DNA of 64,000 bases from Leucoraja ocellata (Eukaryota), in the NCBI GenBank assembly GCA_036785375.1, contig JAWMAR010000300.1, positions 248,001-312,000 on the forward strand, given 5' to 3'. Position 1 is the first letter of the stretch. Every line of letters starts with the position of its first letter. This document shows positions 25,375-37,304 of this stretch, one piece after another. The notes under the pieces are model-generated. The model ran no database searches and was not told the DNA's origin. It was given only the letters and a program-made list of their open reading frames with translations. Made by a program: the position numbers and the translations under genes.

Positions 25375-26089
25375 AAGGTGTGTTTATTGTCACATGTACC
25401 AATTAAGGTACAGTGACCTTCAGATTGCCATACCGTTATACCAATAAAGAGCAACAAGACACCCAAATACATTTTTAACATGAAAATCCACCACATCGAC
25501 CCCCCCACATTCCACACTGTGATGAAGGCAAAACAAAACAATCTTCTCTTCTTTGTTCTCCCGTGGTCGGGACTCGAATCTTATGTTCTCGGGGCGATCT
25601 TGGTTCCTACAACCGGTGGTCGAGCCCTCCGCATCGGGGCAATCAAGCTCCCGTATCGTGGGGAATCTCAGCTCCCCGCGCCGGGCGATCGGACACCCCA
25701 GTCGGGGCTGGTTGAACTTCCTGGCTTGGAGCTTCCCGACATTGGTCTCTACCCGAGGCTGCGAGCTCCTCGATGTTGAAATCCTGAGGCCGTGGTTGGA
25801 GCGTCGATCCCAGGCAAGGGAGCGCAGGCTCCGATGGTAAGTCCACGGCCCCACGGCGGGGCTCAAAGTCTTGAGCAAGGTCACCAGCTCGATGATGTTC
25901 GGCCGTAGAGCGTCCGAAGATACAATCCAGAAAGAAATTTGCATCTCCGGCTATGTAAGATTGAAAAAATGTTTCCCTTGACCCCCCCCCACCACCACAT
26001 AAAACAAACCAGAGAACATTAACACATACTTTTTTAAAACATATTAAAAATAACAAAAAGATGAAAAGTAGGTGAGGCTGCCATCACTG
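25375..26089 (-). mobile_element. Unclassified CpG-rich non-coding retroposon with a Rex-like 3' end, inserted in a CR1 3' UTR
   Basis: 3' end tcactgtac...catgtgacaataaa with (TTGAAC)-type tail; the CR1 UTR (25315-25374) resumes at about 26090. Confidence 0.55.
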
Positions 26090-27497
26090 ATGGATCATGC
26101 AAAGGCAGATGATATCAGTTTAGCTTGGCAATGTGTTTGGCATAAACATTGTGGGCCAAAGGGCCTGTCTCTGTGTTGTACTGTTCTATATATTCTTATA
26201 TACATAATGTACAGGCCTTGCAGCAATTCTGCAATGCATAGAATGCAAACAAATCATCAAACATTTGTTCCTCTATGATCTGTGTTTTATCTTCGCAATT
26301 TTCCAATGTGATCCAATACAGCAGCTAACCAGAGTAGTGTTCCAAATTGTCCACATAAATAAATGTGCTTTTCCTTGCGGTCTGCTGTATGGCTAACCTT
26401 GACAGCAGAAAGAAAATGTCACACCCAGAAATAAGGTTCAAGTAAATAAAAATGCATTTGTGGCTGATTACATAGGACAATGCAAATCGGGTTGACAACT
26501 GAACAAATTGGTCCTGCAATCAAGTGCACTGAAGTGTGACAAAAGGGCACTGCAAAAGAAATAGTTACAACCATGACCCAGTTCACATCGTCATTCTGTG
26601 CATGCACGAGACTTTTAGATAGACACACGGATATGCAGGGAATGGAGGGATATGGATCATATGTAGACAGCGGAGATTATTTTAAGTTGGTATTATGTTT
26701 GGCATGGACTTTGTGGGCTGAATGGCCTGTTCCTGTGCTGCACTGTTCTACAGAGACAAAAGGAATTGCAGATGATGGAATCTTAAATAAAACGCAAAGT
26801 GCTGGAGTAAATCAGTGGGTCAAGCAGCATCTCCTCGTGACATGGCGAGGCAATGTTTAGGGTTGCGACCCTTCTTCAGAGTAGTCCTCTGACCCATTAT
26901 GAATCAATATTTCAAATCCCTTCCTCGCTACTATTGAAACCCTGGTGTAAGTCCCCACACTGAAATCTCACAGATTTGATGGTTCCGCTGACTGGTTAGC
27001 ACAAAACAAAAGCTTTTAACTATACCTCGGTACATGTGACAATAAACTAAACTGAAACTGACATGGTCATTGCACTTGCTCAAGGCGAAAACCCATAAAA
27101 AGATAATGACCCTTTAAAATTTTCAGTGCTGCATTTATAAATTACAGTTGGGTGCTTTCTGGAAGATATGCATGACTTCCTTTGCTCGATGGCTTGAAAA
27201 AATCAATGTGGTGTTACTGAGAACCTGCCAAGTGAACATTAACTGAATTTTTACAACCTATTTATTGCAAGACAATTTATTAAGCCTGTAACATTTTAGA
27301 TACTGATCATTTCCTTCACATGGGATGTTGCATAATTCCCTCAATATTTGCTGGAATAAACACCTGTTTAGAATTCTCAATCTTCAACAGTTTTCAGATT
27401 GGATCAACATAGACAGATGGGCAGGGGTTCAAAGCTGATCTGCTAACTTTTTTCATGAAATTGGATTGATTATGGAATTCCAATTCCAAATGCGAAA

Positions 27498-28685
27498 TCT
27501 ATATTACTAAAACTAAGATCTTGACCACTTTCTGACTTTCTGTTTCGTGATTTCTGAATGAACGCCACCATGTACGGCCGTCATTTTTGGCCACCTCGCT
27601 CAGAGTCCCCCTCCGCTGAGCTGGACCAGAGGATTTTTCCCATCGATGAAACATAAAAGAGTTATTAATGTTTACAAAAGGTTGACATTCTCTCTGCTGC
27701 CCCTGCTGGTGGGAGGGGGGAGGGACTATAAAACCCGGAAGTGTTGTGCCTCAGTCAGTCTCTGCAAGATGGGGGAAGTGAGAGGGTCACGAGGTGTGAA
27801 TAACACTGAACACTGAGCTGTGAGTGTGGTTTTACTGACCTTGAGTGCCCTTAATGTGGTTTGAAAATGAAAATATGGTTGGTTTGAAGTAAAAGCACAG
27901 CAAATGGTTGTTTGGGGGTTTGGGTTGAAGTAAAAGTGGTGAAAGTGGGAGGGATTATAAAACCCGGAAGGGTGGGTGTGGCACAGTCTCTGCATGGGGG
28001 AGGGAGAGGTCACAACTGTCTGAGCTGTGAATCAACTGAACACAATGAATGTCTACTGAACTTGAGCGTGGTGTTTTGTGTGGTTTTATGGTGGTTTTAT
28101 GGTAGTTTCACCCTGCTTGAAATGGTATGAAACTGCATTTGAATGTGGTGGCCTTGCACCCGGCTAGAAATGGCATGAAACCGCACTTGAATTGGTGGTC
28201 TTGCACCCTGCTTGAAGTGGCATGAAACTGCACTTGAGATTGGTGGCTCTGCACCCTGTTTGTAGTGGTAGGAACTGCACCTGAGTTTGGTAGTCCTGCA
28301 CCCTGTTTGAAGTGTTCAGAAACTGCACTTGAATTTGGTGGCCTTGCACCCTGCTTGAAGTGGTCGGAAACTGCACTTGAATTCGGTGACCTTGCACCCT
28401 GCTTGAAGTGGTAGGAAACTGCACTTGAATTTAGTGGCCTTGCACCCTGCTCAAATTGGCAAGAAACTGCACTTGAATTTAGTGGCCTTGCACCCTGCTT
28501 GAAATGGAATTTCAATGAATAGCCGTGAGTCAACTGCCAACCCACCAGCCATGAATGATGTGCCAGCACATCATGCTTGAGGGACTGAGCTGCCACCCCA
28601 AGAATCTATTTGGCCCACAATGTCCATACTAGCCATCTGGAGACCAGTTCCTTCAGCCCACAACACCCATACCAGCGCTCCAGAA
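27498..28685 (+). mobile_element. Possible non-autonomous Helitron-like element, 3' end not identified
   Basis: Starts A|TCTATATTACTAAAA (Helitron-like 5' TC terminus); internal duplication and minisatellite; no TIR or TSD seen. Confidence 0.45.
28108..28507. repeat. 48-bp minisatellite, about 8.3 copies
   Basis: Unit caccctgcttgaagtggtaggaaactgcacttgaatttggtggccttg; produces the 16-aa periodicity seen in the spurious ORFs. Confidence 0.95.
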
Positions 28686-28769
28686 AAATGTTGCCAATCA
28701 GGCCAGAATAACTGTGGCCTATCTTGAAATAATCTGGCAAGATTCGCTTCCAATTAAAAAATAATTAAT

Positions 28770-29060
28770 TTAGATTTTAATTTAGAGATACAGCGTGAAA
28801 CCAGGCCCTTCGGCCAATCAAGTCCACGTCAACCAATGATCACCCTGTACACTAGTTCTATCCTACACACTAGGGACAATTTGCAGAAACCAATTAACCT
28901 ACAATCCTGCACGTCTTTGGAGGAAACCAGAACACATGGAGAAAACTCACGCCATCACAGGGAGAACATACAAACTCCATACAGACAGCACCCATAGTCA
29001 AGATCAAATCCAGGTCTCTGGCGCAGTAAGGCAGCAACTCTACCGCTGTGCCACCATGCC
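28770..29060 (-). mobile_element. HE1-type V-SINE
   Basis: Homologous to 99-378 and 46138-46399. Confidence 0.8.
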
Positions 29061-30794
29061 ACAAATTCTTAAGAACACAGAAACATTTAGATCAATCCAT
29101 TCTAAAACTATTAATTAAATCTGCCAAGATTCACAGCCAAACCCCAACTTCACAGCCAAATCTAGTTTAATATTCCTCTAATTATACTTCCACTGTGGAT
29201 CTATTAAAGAGATCAATGTCATTCCATTTCACTCCCACTTCAACTGTGACAAAGTTAGCGGAGGGTATTTCAGATAGAAACATTCTACCATGTCTCAGTG
29301 TACACTTTCAACAGGATTTTCAGGAATAGGAGAAGCATTGGAATTATGTTCAACATGCGGAGCAAGCCATTCAAAGGGGAGAGGAAGTCGGCTAGGAGAT
29401 TTTGAGGAAATATCAGCTGATACAGGCAAAAGAATCATCAAATACATTCCATTCAAGTCTGCACGTCACCAGAGTTTGTTAGCCTTCCCTCTTCCAACTA
29501 AGCTGTGGAGTTAGAATATATTTCCATCAGTATCGCGTACCATATTTTTAACATGAGTCTGAACGATGCATCTTAGAAGGATTTCTATATGGTGAGATAA
29601 ATATCACTCAACCTCATCCCATCCTCAATGAGACTTTCATGCATTTACTGCTTTTAAAAAGCTCATTGAATATAATTAGGGAGCAAAAAACACTGGCTGT
29701 TTTTGTTCCACTCACGTCCAAATGACATCTGGCCGATATTAACTAGCTTCCTTATCTGTGTCACGTATTGTCACACATGCTCCATTTACCCAGTAAGTTA
29801 CTGAGAAAATTATTACCATCCTTTAATATACATTAACCAAAATATAGTCAACCTGGTCAAATATATTTCTTGCGCATGGAAACAAACGACAAGCAGCTTT
29901 GGCAGTTAACTTTTAGAACCCCTATCCTCAATTGGAAAAAGAAAGAATTTGGGAAACAAAAGGGGTAAAACTCCTTCTCTGTTAATGAGTTATTTCCTCA
30001 AATAAAGAAAGTTCAAACCAGAATTCACTCAGTGAGAGGCTGTTCATTTAAACAGTTGTATTGAAACAGAGGATCAAGGTCCTCATTAGTATGGTTTATA
30101 CAGGGCCTCCACCACACTGGGAGGATGACCTTACGCTGCCCTGTTCCCCAGGAGGTTTTTCTTTGAAAAGAGTGTTTTAGCTTGTACACAAGTACAGATA
30201 GAATCCTAGATGTAAGCTTGTAGCATCTCATCATATGGAGGGGTGGGGAAATTGCTTGACTTTGTGTTGACAATAGCCATCTGTGCCCTTGCCCGTTTGA
30301 AGACAAATCTGTACAAGTCGTTACATTATGTTATATGCAAACCAGAATTGCAATCAATAAACCCAAGGAAAAAGAAAGGGATATCGACTAGAAGCCTTAA
30401 TTAGTTTAACTCCAGGGTTAGCATTCACATAAGATGCTGCACTGATGAGGACTAATGCTTTTTTTCTGTTTGGACTAAATGCTGCAAACTGGTACATTCA
30501 AAGGACCAGGACTACATGCTGAGGGAGTGAAGATGGGTGCAGATGCTTATTAAAGTTTCTACAGGGAATGGATACAATTTAAATCCCCCCTGCTAAGCAT
30601 ATTGCAGAGCTCGAACCAATGGAACAAGAAACCATTAGACTGTCTGATCACGGAAAGAAAAAATGCCCGATCATTAAGATGCGAATCTTGCACATAACTC
30701 TATGAAACCATAACCATATGTGGACATACTAATGATTTAGACAAACAAAGTTAAAAACATCTGAAAAGGACAAAGAGGAGCTCTCCAACAAGCA

Positions 30795-31025
30795 ATACAC
30801 AAACACAAAGGATTGTGGGTATATAGAACAAGCTGCCAGAGGAGGAAGTTAAGTCATGGACTATCCAAACATTAAACAAGCAGTTAGACAGGTACATTGA
30901 TAGGACAGGTTTGGAGGGAATTGGACCAAATGCAGGCAAGTGGGACTAGTGTAGCTGGGACATGTTGGCCGGCGTGAGCAAGTTGGCCGAAGGATCTGTT
31001 TTCACACTGTATCACTCTATGAGCC
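30795..31025 (+). mobile_element. CR1 3' end, (CTATGACT) subfamily
   Basis: ggaacaagctgccagaggagg...gtatcactctatga; homologous to 5815-6250 and 41925-42160. Confidence 0.8.
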
Positions 31026-31353
31026 TAATAGGAACCATACCTTTTAAAATATATTAAAGTAGTTAAAATATTTTGGTTTTCTAATGCTCAAGTGCAATTG
31101 CAGGAGACTCAATTTAAAAAGGTATTATCACAGTCAATCCAAGCAACGCACCTGAAAGATTAAAGGATTTTAATTTCAATGTGTCCTTGAAGTAGATGGT
31201 GGAAGAAGTTTTTCTATGGTCACTGAACTTCAGTTCACTTCAGTCATTGCTTATACTTCCATCCTCACATTCAGTTCCACTGACCACTGGATCCAAGCAT
31301 ACATCCACCAGCTGATTCTCTTGCACACACTACATACAAAGAACCACAGACTG

Positions 31354-32167
31354 ATTTGAGTATAGGAGCAGGGAGGTTCTGCTGCAGTTGTACATAGTCT
31401 TGGTGAGACCACACCTGGAGTATTGCGTACAGTTTTGGTCTCCTAATCCGAGGAAAGACATTCTTGCCATAGAGGGAGTACAGAGAAGGTTCACCAGACT
31501 GATTCCTGGGATGTCAGGACTTTCATATGAAGAAAGACTGGATATACTCGGCTTGTACTCGCTAGAATTTAGAAGATTGAGGGGGGATCTTATAAAAACT
31601 TACAAAATTCTTAAGGGGTTGGACAGGCTAGGTGCAGGAAGATTGTTCCCGATGTTGGGGAAGTCCAGAACAAGGGGTCACAGTTTAAGGATAAGGGGGA
31701 AATCTTTTAGGACCGAGATGAGGAAAACATTTTTCACTCAGAGAGTGGTGAATCTCTGGAATTCTCTGCCACAGAAGGTAGTTGACGCCAGTTCATTGTC
31801 TATATTTAAGAGGGAGTTAGATGTGGCCTTTGTTCCAGGTTTGCAGACCACACCTGGAGTATTGTGTACAGTTTTGGTCTCCTAATCTGAGGAAATACAT
31901 TCTTGCCATAGAGGGAGTACAGAGAAGGTTCACCAGACTGATTCCTGGGATGTCAGGACTTTCATATGAAGAAAGACTGGATAGACTCGGTTTGTACTCG
32001 CTAGAATTTAGAAGATTGAGGGGGGATCTTATAGAAACTTACATGTATGGAGAGAAGGCAGGTACTGGATACTGAGTTGGATGATCAGCCATGATCATAT
32101 TGAATGGCGGTTTTGGCTCGAAGGGCCGAATGGCCTACTCCTGCACCTATTTTCTATGTTTCTATGT
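31354..32167 (+). mobile_element. Rearranged young CR1 (internal duplication plus deletion)
   Basis: RPHLEYCVQFWSP...GDLIETY segment present twice (about 31406 and 31845); (TTTCTATG)n tail. Confidence 0.9.
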
Positions 32168-32383
32168 TTCCCTCATGGTTCCTCAGTATGCGCTCTACTG
32201 TAAACCTCCCTCATTTACAATGACGATTTAATTGGATACTTGAATTTGGAACCACAGTATAGTGAATTATATCAATAGTTATGGAAATATAAAACACACC
32301 AATTCTGTCGCATTTTACTCAATTCTACATCATTATAAACACCCAAACCAAGTCTCCATTTTACTCGCACTAGATACTTCATA

Positions 32384-34310
32384 AGGACAAGAGGTCATAA
32401 GGAATAGGAGTAGAATTAGTCTGCTCCGCCATTCAATCATGGCTGATCTATCTCTCCCTCCTAACCCCATTCTCCTGCCTTCTCATAATCCCTGACACCT
32501 GTACTAATCAAGAATCTGTCTACCTCTGCCTGAAAAATATCGACTGACTTGGCTTCTATGGCCTTCTGTGGCAAAGAATTCCACAGATTCACCACCATCT
32601 GACTAAAGAAATTTATCCTTGTCTCCTTCCTGGTGCCTAGCAGGGATGAACATTTCCACCCTGGGAAAAAGATTCTGATTGTCTTCCCTAACAATGCCTC
32701 TCATTGTGGGCAAATGCATGGCAGATGCAGTATAATGTGGATAAATGTGAGGTTATCCACTTTAGTGACAAAAACAGGAAAGTAGATTATTATCTGAATG
32801 GTGGCCGATTAGGAAAGGGGGAGATGCAACGAGACCTGGGTGTCATGGTACACCAGTCATTAAAAGTAGGTATGCAGGTGCAGCAGGCAGTGAAGAAGGC
32901 GAATGGTATGTTAGCATTCATAGCAAAAGGATTTGAGTATAGGAGCAGGGAGGTTCTACTGCAGTTGTACACCTGCAGACCACACCTGGAGTATTGTGTA
33001 CAGTTTTGGTCTCCTAAGACATTCTTGCCATAGAGGGAGTACAGAGAAGGTTCACCAGACTGATTCCTGGGATGTCAGGACTTTCATATGAAGAAAGACT
33101 GGATAGACTCGGCTTGTACTCGCTAGAATTTAGAAGATTGAGGGGGGATCTTATAGAAACTTACAAAATTCTTAAGGGGTTGGACAGGCTAGATGCAGGA
33201 AGATTGTTCCCAATGTTGGGGAAGTCCAGAACAAGAAGTCACAGTTTAAGGATAAGGGGGAAATCGTTTAGGACCGAGATGAGGAAAACTTTTTTCACAC
33301 AGAGAGTGGTGAATCTCTGGAATTCTCTCCCGCAGAAGGTAGTTGAGGCCAGTTCATTGGCTATATTTAAGAGGGAGTTAGATGTGGCCCTTGTGGCTAA
33401 AGGGATCAGGGGGTATGGAGAGAAGGCAGGTACAGGATACTGAGTTGGATGATCAGCCATGATCATATTGAATGGCGGTGCAGGCTCGAAGGGCCGAATT
33501 GCCTACTCCTGCACCTATTTTCTATGTTTCTATAATTTTATATACTTCCTTCATTTCCCCTCAACCTCCGACGTTCCAGAGAAAACAATCCAAGTCTTCT
33601 GTGGCAAAGAATTCCACAGATTCACTACCCTCTGACTAAACACATTTCTCCTCATCTCCTTCCTAAAAGAACATCCTTTAATTCTGAGGCTATGTCCTCT
33701 AGTTCTAGACTCTCCCACTAATGGAAACATCATCTCAACATCCACTCTATCCAAGCCTTTCAAAATTTTGTATGTTTCAATGAGGTCACCCCTCATTCTT
33801 CTAAACTCCAGTGAGTACACTCCAAGTGCCAACAAACACTCATCATAGGTTAACGCACTAATTCCTGGGATCATCCTTGTAAACCTCTTCTGGACCTTCT
33901 CCAGAGCCAGCACAACCTTCCTCAGATATGGTGCTTAAAATTGTTCACAATATTCTAGTGCCTTGTAAAGCCTCAACATTACATCGCTATTGTTGTATAC
34001 AAGCCCTCTTGACATAAATGCTAGCATTGAGTTTGCTTTCTTTACTACCGATTCAACTTGCAGATTAACTTTTTGGGAATCCGGCACCAGCACTCCCAAG
34101 TCCGTTTGCATCTCCGATTTGCGGATTCGCACCCATTTAGAAAATCTATGCCGTTATTCCTACTACCAAAATGCATGACTCCACACTTTGCTACACTATA
34201 TTCCATCTGCCACTTTTTTACCCATTCTCCCAACCTGTCCAAGTCCTTCTGCAGAGTCTCTGCTTTCTCTACACTATTTGCCCCGCCAACTATTTTCATA
34301 TCATCCACAA
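32384..34310. mobile_element. Nested CR1 cluster: young + strand copy at 32704-33533 inserted among older - strand CR1 fragments
   Basis: ORFs 32704-33033 and 33072-33443 (+); 32461-32694, 33551-33913 and 34045-34398 (-, KFVDDMKI). The interrupted - strand sequence resumes at 33534. Confidence 0.88.
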
Positions 34311-34774
34311 ACTTTTGTATCAGCCACAAAACCTTCAATCCTATCGTCCAAATTCTTATTCCCTTGTCTAATTCCCTTGTCTTCATGAATTCAAACAAAT
34401 CTCTTAGAAATATTGGGGGTCAATCAATTCAGGTACTGAGATCAAAATTGAGTCCAGTTTCCCACTTTCTTGGCATTATTTTTTTATAGTCACATACACT
34501 GAGATGCAGTAAAGAGTAAGGTTCTGGTCTTGATTTGCAAAGCTCACCAAGTTCGTACCCATTTTTCAGTGCTTACAATGCAAGGTTTCAAATTGTTTGA
34601 ACATTAATTTAATGCTGCATTTAAATTTCTTCAGACTACAGCAAATATAAAATTAATTAGCCATGGGTATTACAAATTTCCTTCTCACATAAACTATAAT
34701 TCTAATTCGACCCTTTGAAGAAAACAGTCATCATTGCCAACTGTATTCCATGCTCAATTTCACAATGCAGTATG

Positions 34775-35430
34775 GAGTCAAAGAGTTACACATCACTGAA
34801 ACAGAGCACTTGGTCCAACTTGTCCATGCCAACCAAGTTGTCTACTGAACTAGACCCATTTGCCTGGTTTGACATATATCCTTATAAATCTTTCCAATCC
34901 TCGAACCTGTCCAGATGTCATTTAAACATTGTAATTGTACTCGCCTCTACCATGTCCTTTGGCAGTCTGTCCCATGTTCCCATCACCTTGTGCTAAAATG
35001 TTATCTCTCAGATATCCTTTAACTGTCTCCCCTCTCATCTTAAATCTATGCTTTCATCTTATTTCCGCCGCTCGTGATTTCATAGACCTCTATAAAATGT
35101 GACCACTCAGCTTGTTTTGCTCCAAAGAATCTAGTCTCTCCTGACAACTGAAGTTCTTGTGTCCTAGCAACATTCTTGTGAATCTTTTCTGCACACGCAC
35201 ACAGCTTAATAGCATCCTTTCTACAGCAACGTGACCAGAACAACACATAATATTCCAGATACAGTCTCACCAACGTCTTGTACATAACATAATATCACAA
35301 CTCTTCTACTCAATGCCCTGTCCAATAGGCAAGCATGTTATATGCCACCTTCACCATCCTGCGTACTTCTGTCACCACTATGTACTTGTATCCCTATGTC
35401 TTTCTGCAATACAACTGTTGCAAGTGCTTA
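34775..35430 (-). mobile_element. Degraded CR1 3' fragment
   Basis: MYKTLVRLYLEYYVLFWS...RKDAIKL. Confidence 0.75.
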
Positions 35431-35711
35431 CTTAAGGTCATCAGAATTAACTTTGCCCCAGTTTAGGACCTTAGTAACTTATGGACCAATCTTATTTTTC
35501 TGCATAATTATTTAAAACAACCTAATAGAATCTAAAGTGCTCTCCCATGAACACTTGAGTTGCTAGGCCAACCATATTTCCCAAGAGAAGGTCGAGTGTT
35601 GCCCCCTCTCTTGTAGGGTCATATTAATATTGCTTGAGAAAACTTTCCTACAACCTTAACAACTTCTGCACCAGAATTCTTTAGCACTATGGCCATCCTA
35701 GTCAATATTAG

Positions 35712-36675
35712 GGGAATTGCTGCCTCACAGCGCCAGAGACCCGGGTTCGATCCTGACCTCGGGTGCTGTCTGTGTGTGCAAAGTTTGCACATTCTCCCTT
35801 TGACCGCGTGGGTTTCCTCCGGGTGCTCCGGTTTCCTCCCACACTAGGTTAGTTGGCTTGGTTTCAAACTTTGTCCCTCTTTAAGGGTCACAGTTTAAGG
35901 ATAAAGGGGAAGTCTTTTAGGACCGATATGAAAACAACTTTTTTCACACAGAGAGTGGTGAATCTGTGGAATTATCTGTCACAGAAGGTAGTTGAGGCCA
36001 GTTCATTGGCTATATTTAAGAGGGAGTTCGATGTGGTCCTTGTGGCTAAAGGGATCAGGGGGTATGGAGAGAAAGCAGGTACAGGATACTGAGTTGGATG
36101 ATCAGCCATGATCATATTGAATGGCAGTGCAGGTTCGAAGGGCTGAATGGCCTACTCCTCCACCTATTTTCTATGTTTCTAATTAAAATTAATAACAATT
36201 ACAAACCTACAACCCATGTGCGCTTGCCTTACCTACCTGCACCTCCAATTTCTACTACTATTTGGGGACCCAGAGTTCAATCCCATCAATATGATCACTT
36301 CCTTCTTATTTCTAAGTTCTACCACTTTAGTCACACTGGGTATTCATTTTCGTTTAGTTTAGAGATAGTGCGAAAACAGGCCCTTCAGTCCACCGAGTCC
36401 ACACAGACCAGCGATCCCCGCACATGACACTATTTATTAATCTTTATTTATTTATTTATTTATTAATTAAGGACAATTGTACACTAATACCAAGCCAATT
36501 TACCTACATACCTGTACGTCTTTGGAGTGTGCGTAGAAACCGAAGATCTCGGAGAAAACCCACGCGGTCATGGGGAAAACGTACAAACTCTGTACAGTCA
36601 GCACCTGAAGTCGAGTTCGAACCCGGGTCTCCGACGCTGCAAATGCTGTAAGGCAGCAACTTTACCGCTGTGCAA
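35712..36675. mobile_element. HE1 SINE 5' part (+, 35712-35855), CR1 3' end (+, 35885-36180) and HE1 SINE (-, 36345-36675)
   Basis: B-box GGTTCGATCC, V-domain ttctccc..gaccgcgtgggtttcctccgggtgctccggtttcctcccaca, CR1 GHSLRIKGKSFRT motif. Confidence 0.85.
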
Positions 36676-37304
36676 CAGTACTGAGCCTGCAGGAATATCC
36701 TTGATATTGCTGTGATATTGTCCCATATCAACATGCAACTCCCCCTCTGCTTTTATCTCCTATAGCATCTGACATCCAGAACATTGAGCTGGCAGTCCTG
36801 CACATCCCTCCCTCAGAAGAGCTATTATATCACAATCCCATTGTGAATGAATGAATCAAAAATCAGATAGGCAAGCTGCATCTGTAAATAATGACCAGAA
36901 TTTCTATTTTGCTCCAATCTGAAGAAGGGACTGGACACCCAAAAGGTCACACATCCTTTTTCTCCAGAGATGTTGCCTGACCCGCTGAGTTATTCCAGCA
37001 TTTTGTGGCTATCTTTGGTATAAAACCAGCATTTGCAGTTCCTTTTTACACAGAATTTCTATAGTTTGTGTATTATTTGAAGGATTCAAAAAAATCATAA
37101 GTGTAGCATGAAAGAAATCTGTATGTAACTTCAAAGGAAATATGCAATACATTAGTCTAGGTAACATGATAGATCACCTAAAAACTGGGGTAGATCATTT
37201 GTAACACACAGACTGGACACATTAATTTATAAATGGAAATTTCAAGCGGTTTATGTTCAAAGGGATATGTTTTTTATGTTTCATCATAAAGTTCTGGTGA
37301 CCCT

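Noticed and set aside
28108-28507. Regularly spaced repeats resembling a CRISPR array or a 16-aa repeat protein
   Set aside because: The whole 48-bp unit repeats with no unique spacers, there are no cas genes, and the context is vertebrate. The ORFs are by-products of a unit length divisible by 3.
35712-35770. tRNA gene (B-box GGTTCGATCC)
   Set aside because: This is the tRNA-derived head of an HE1 SINE; it runs into the V-domain and forms no full cloverleaf.
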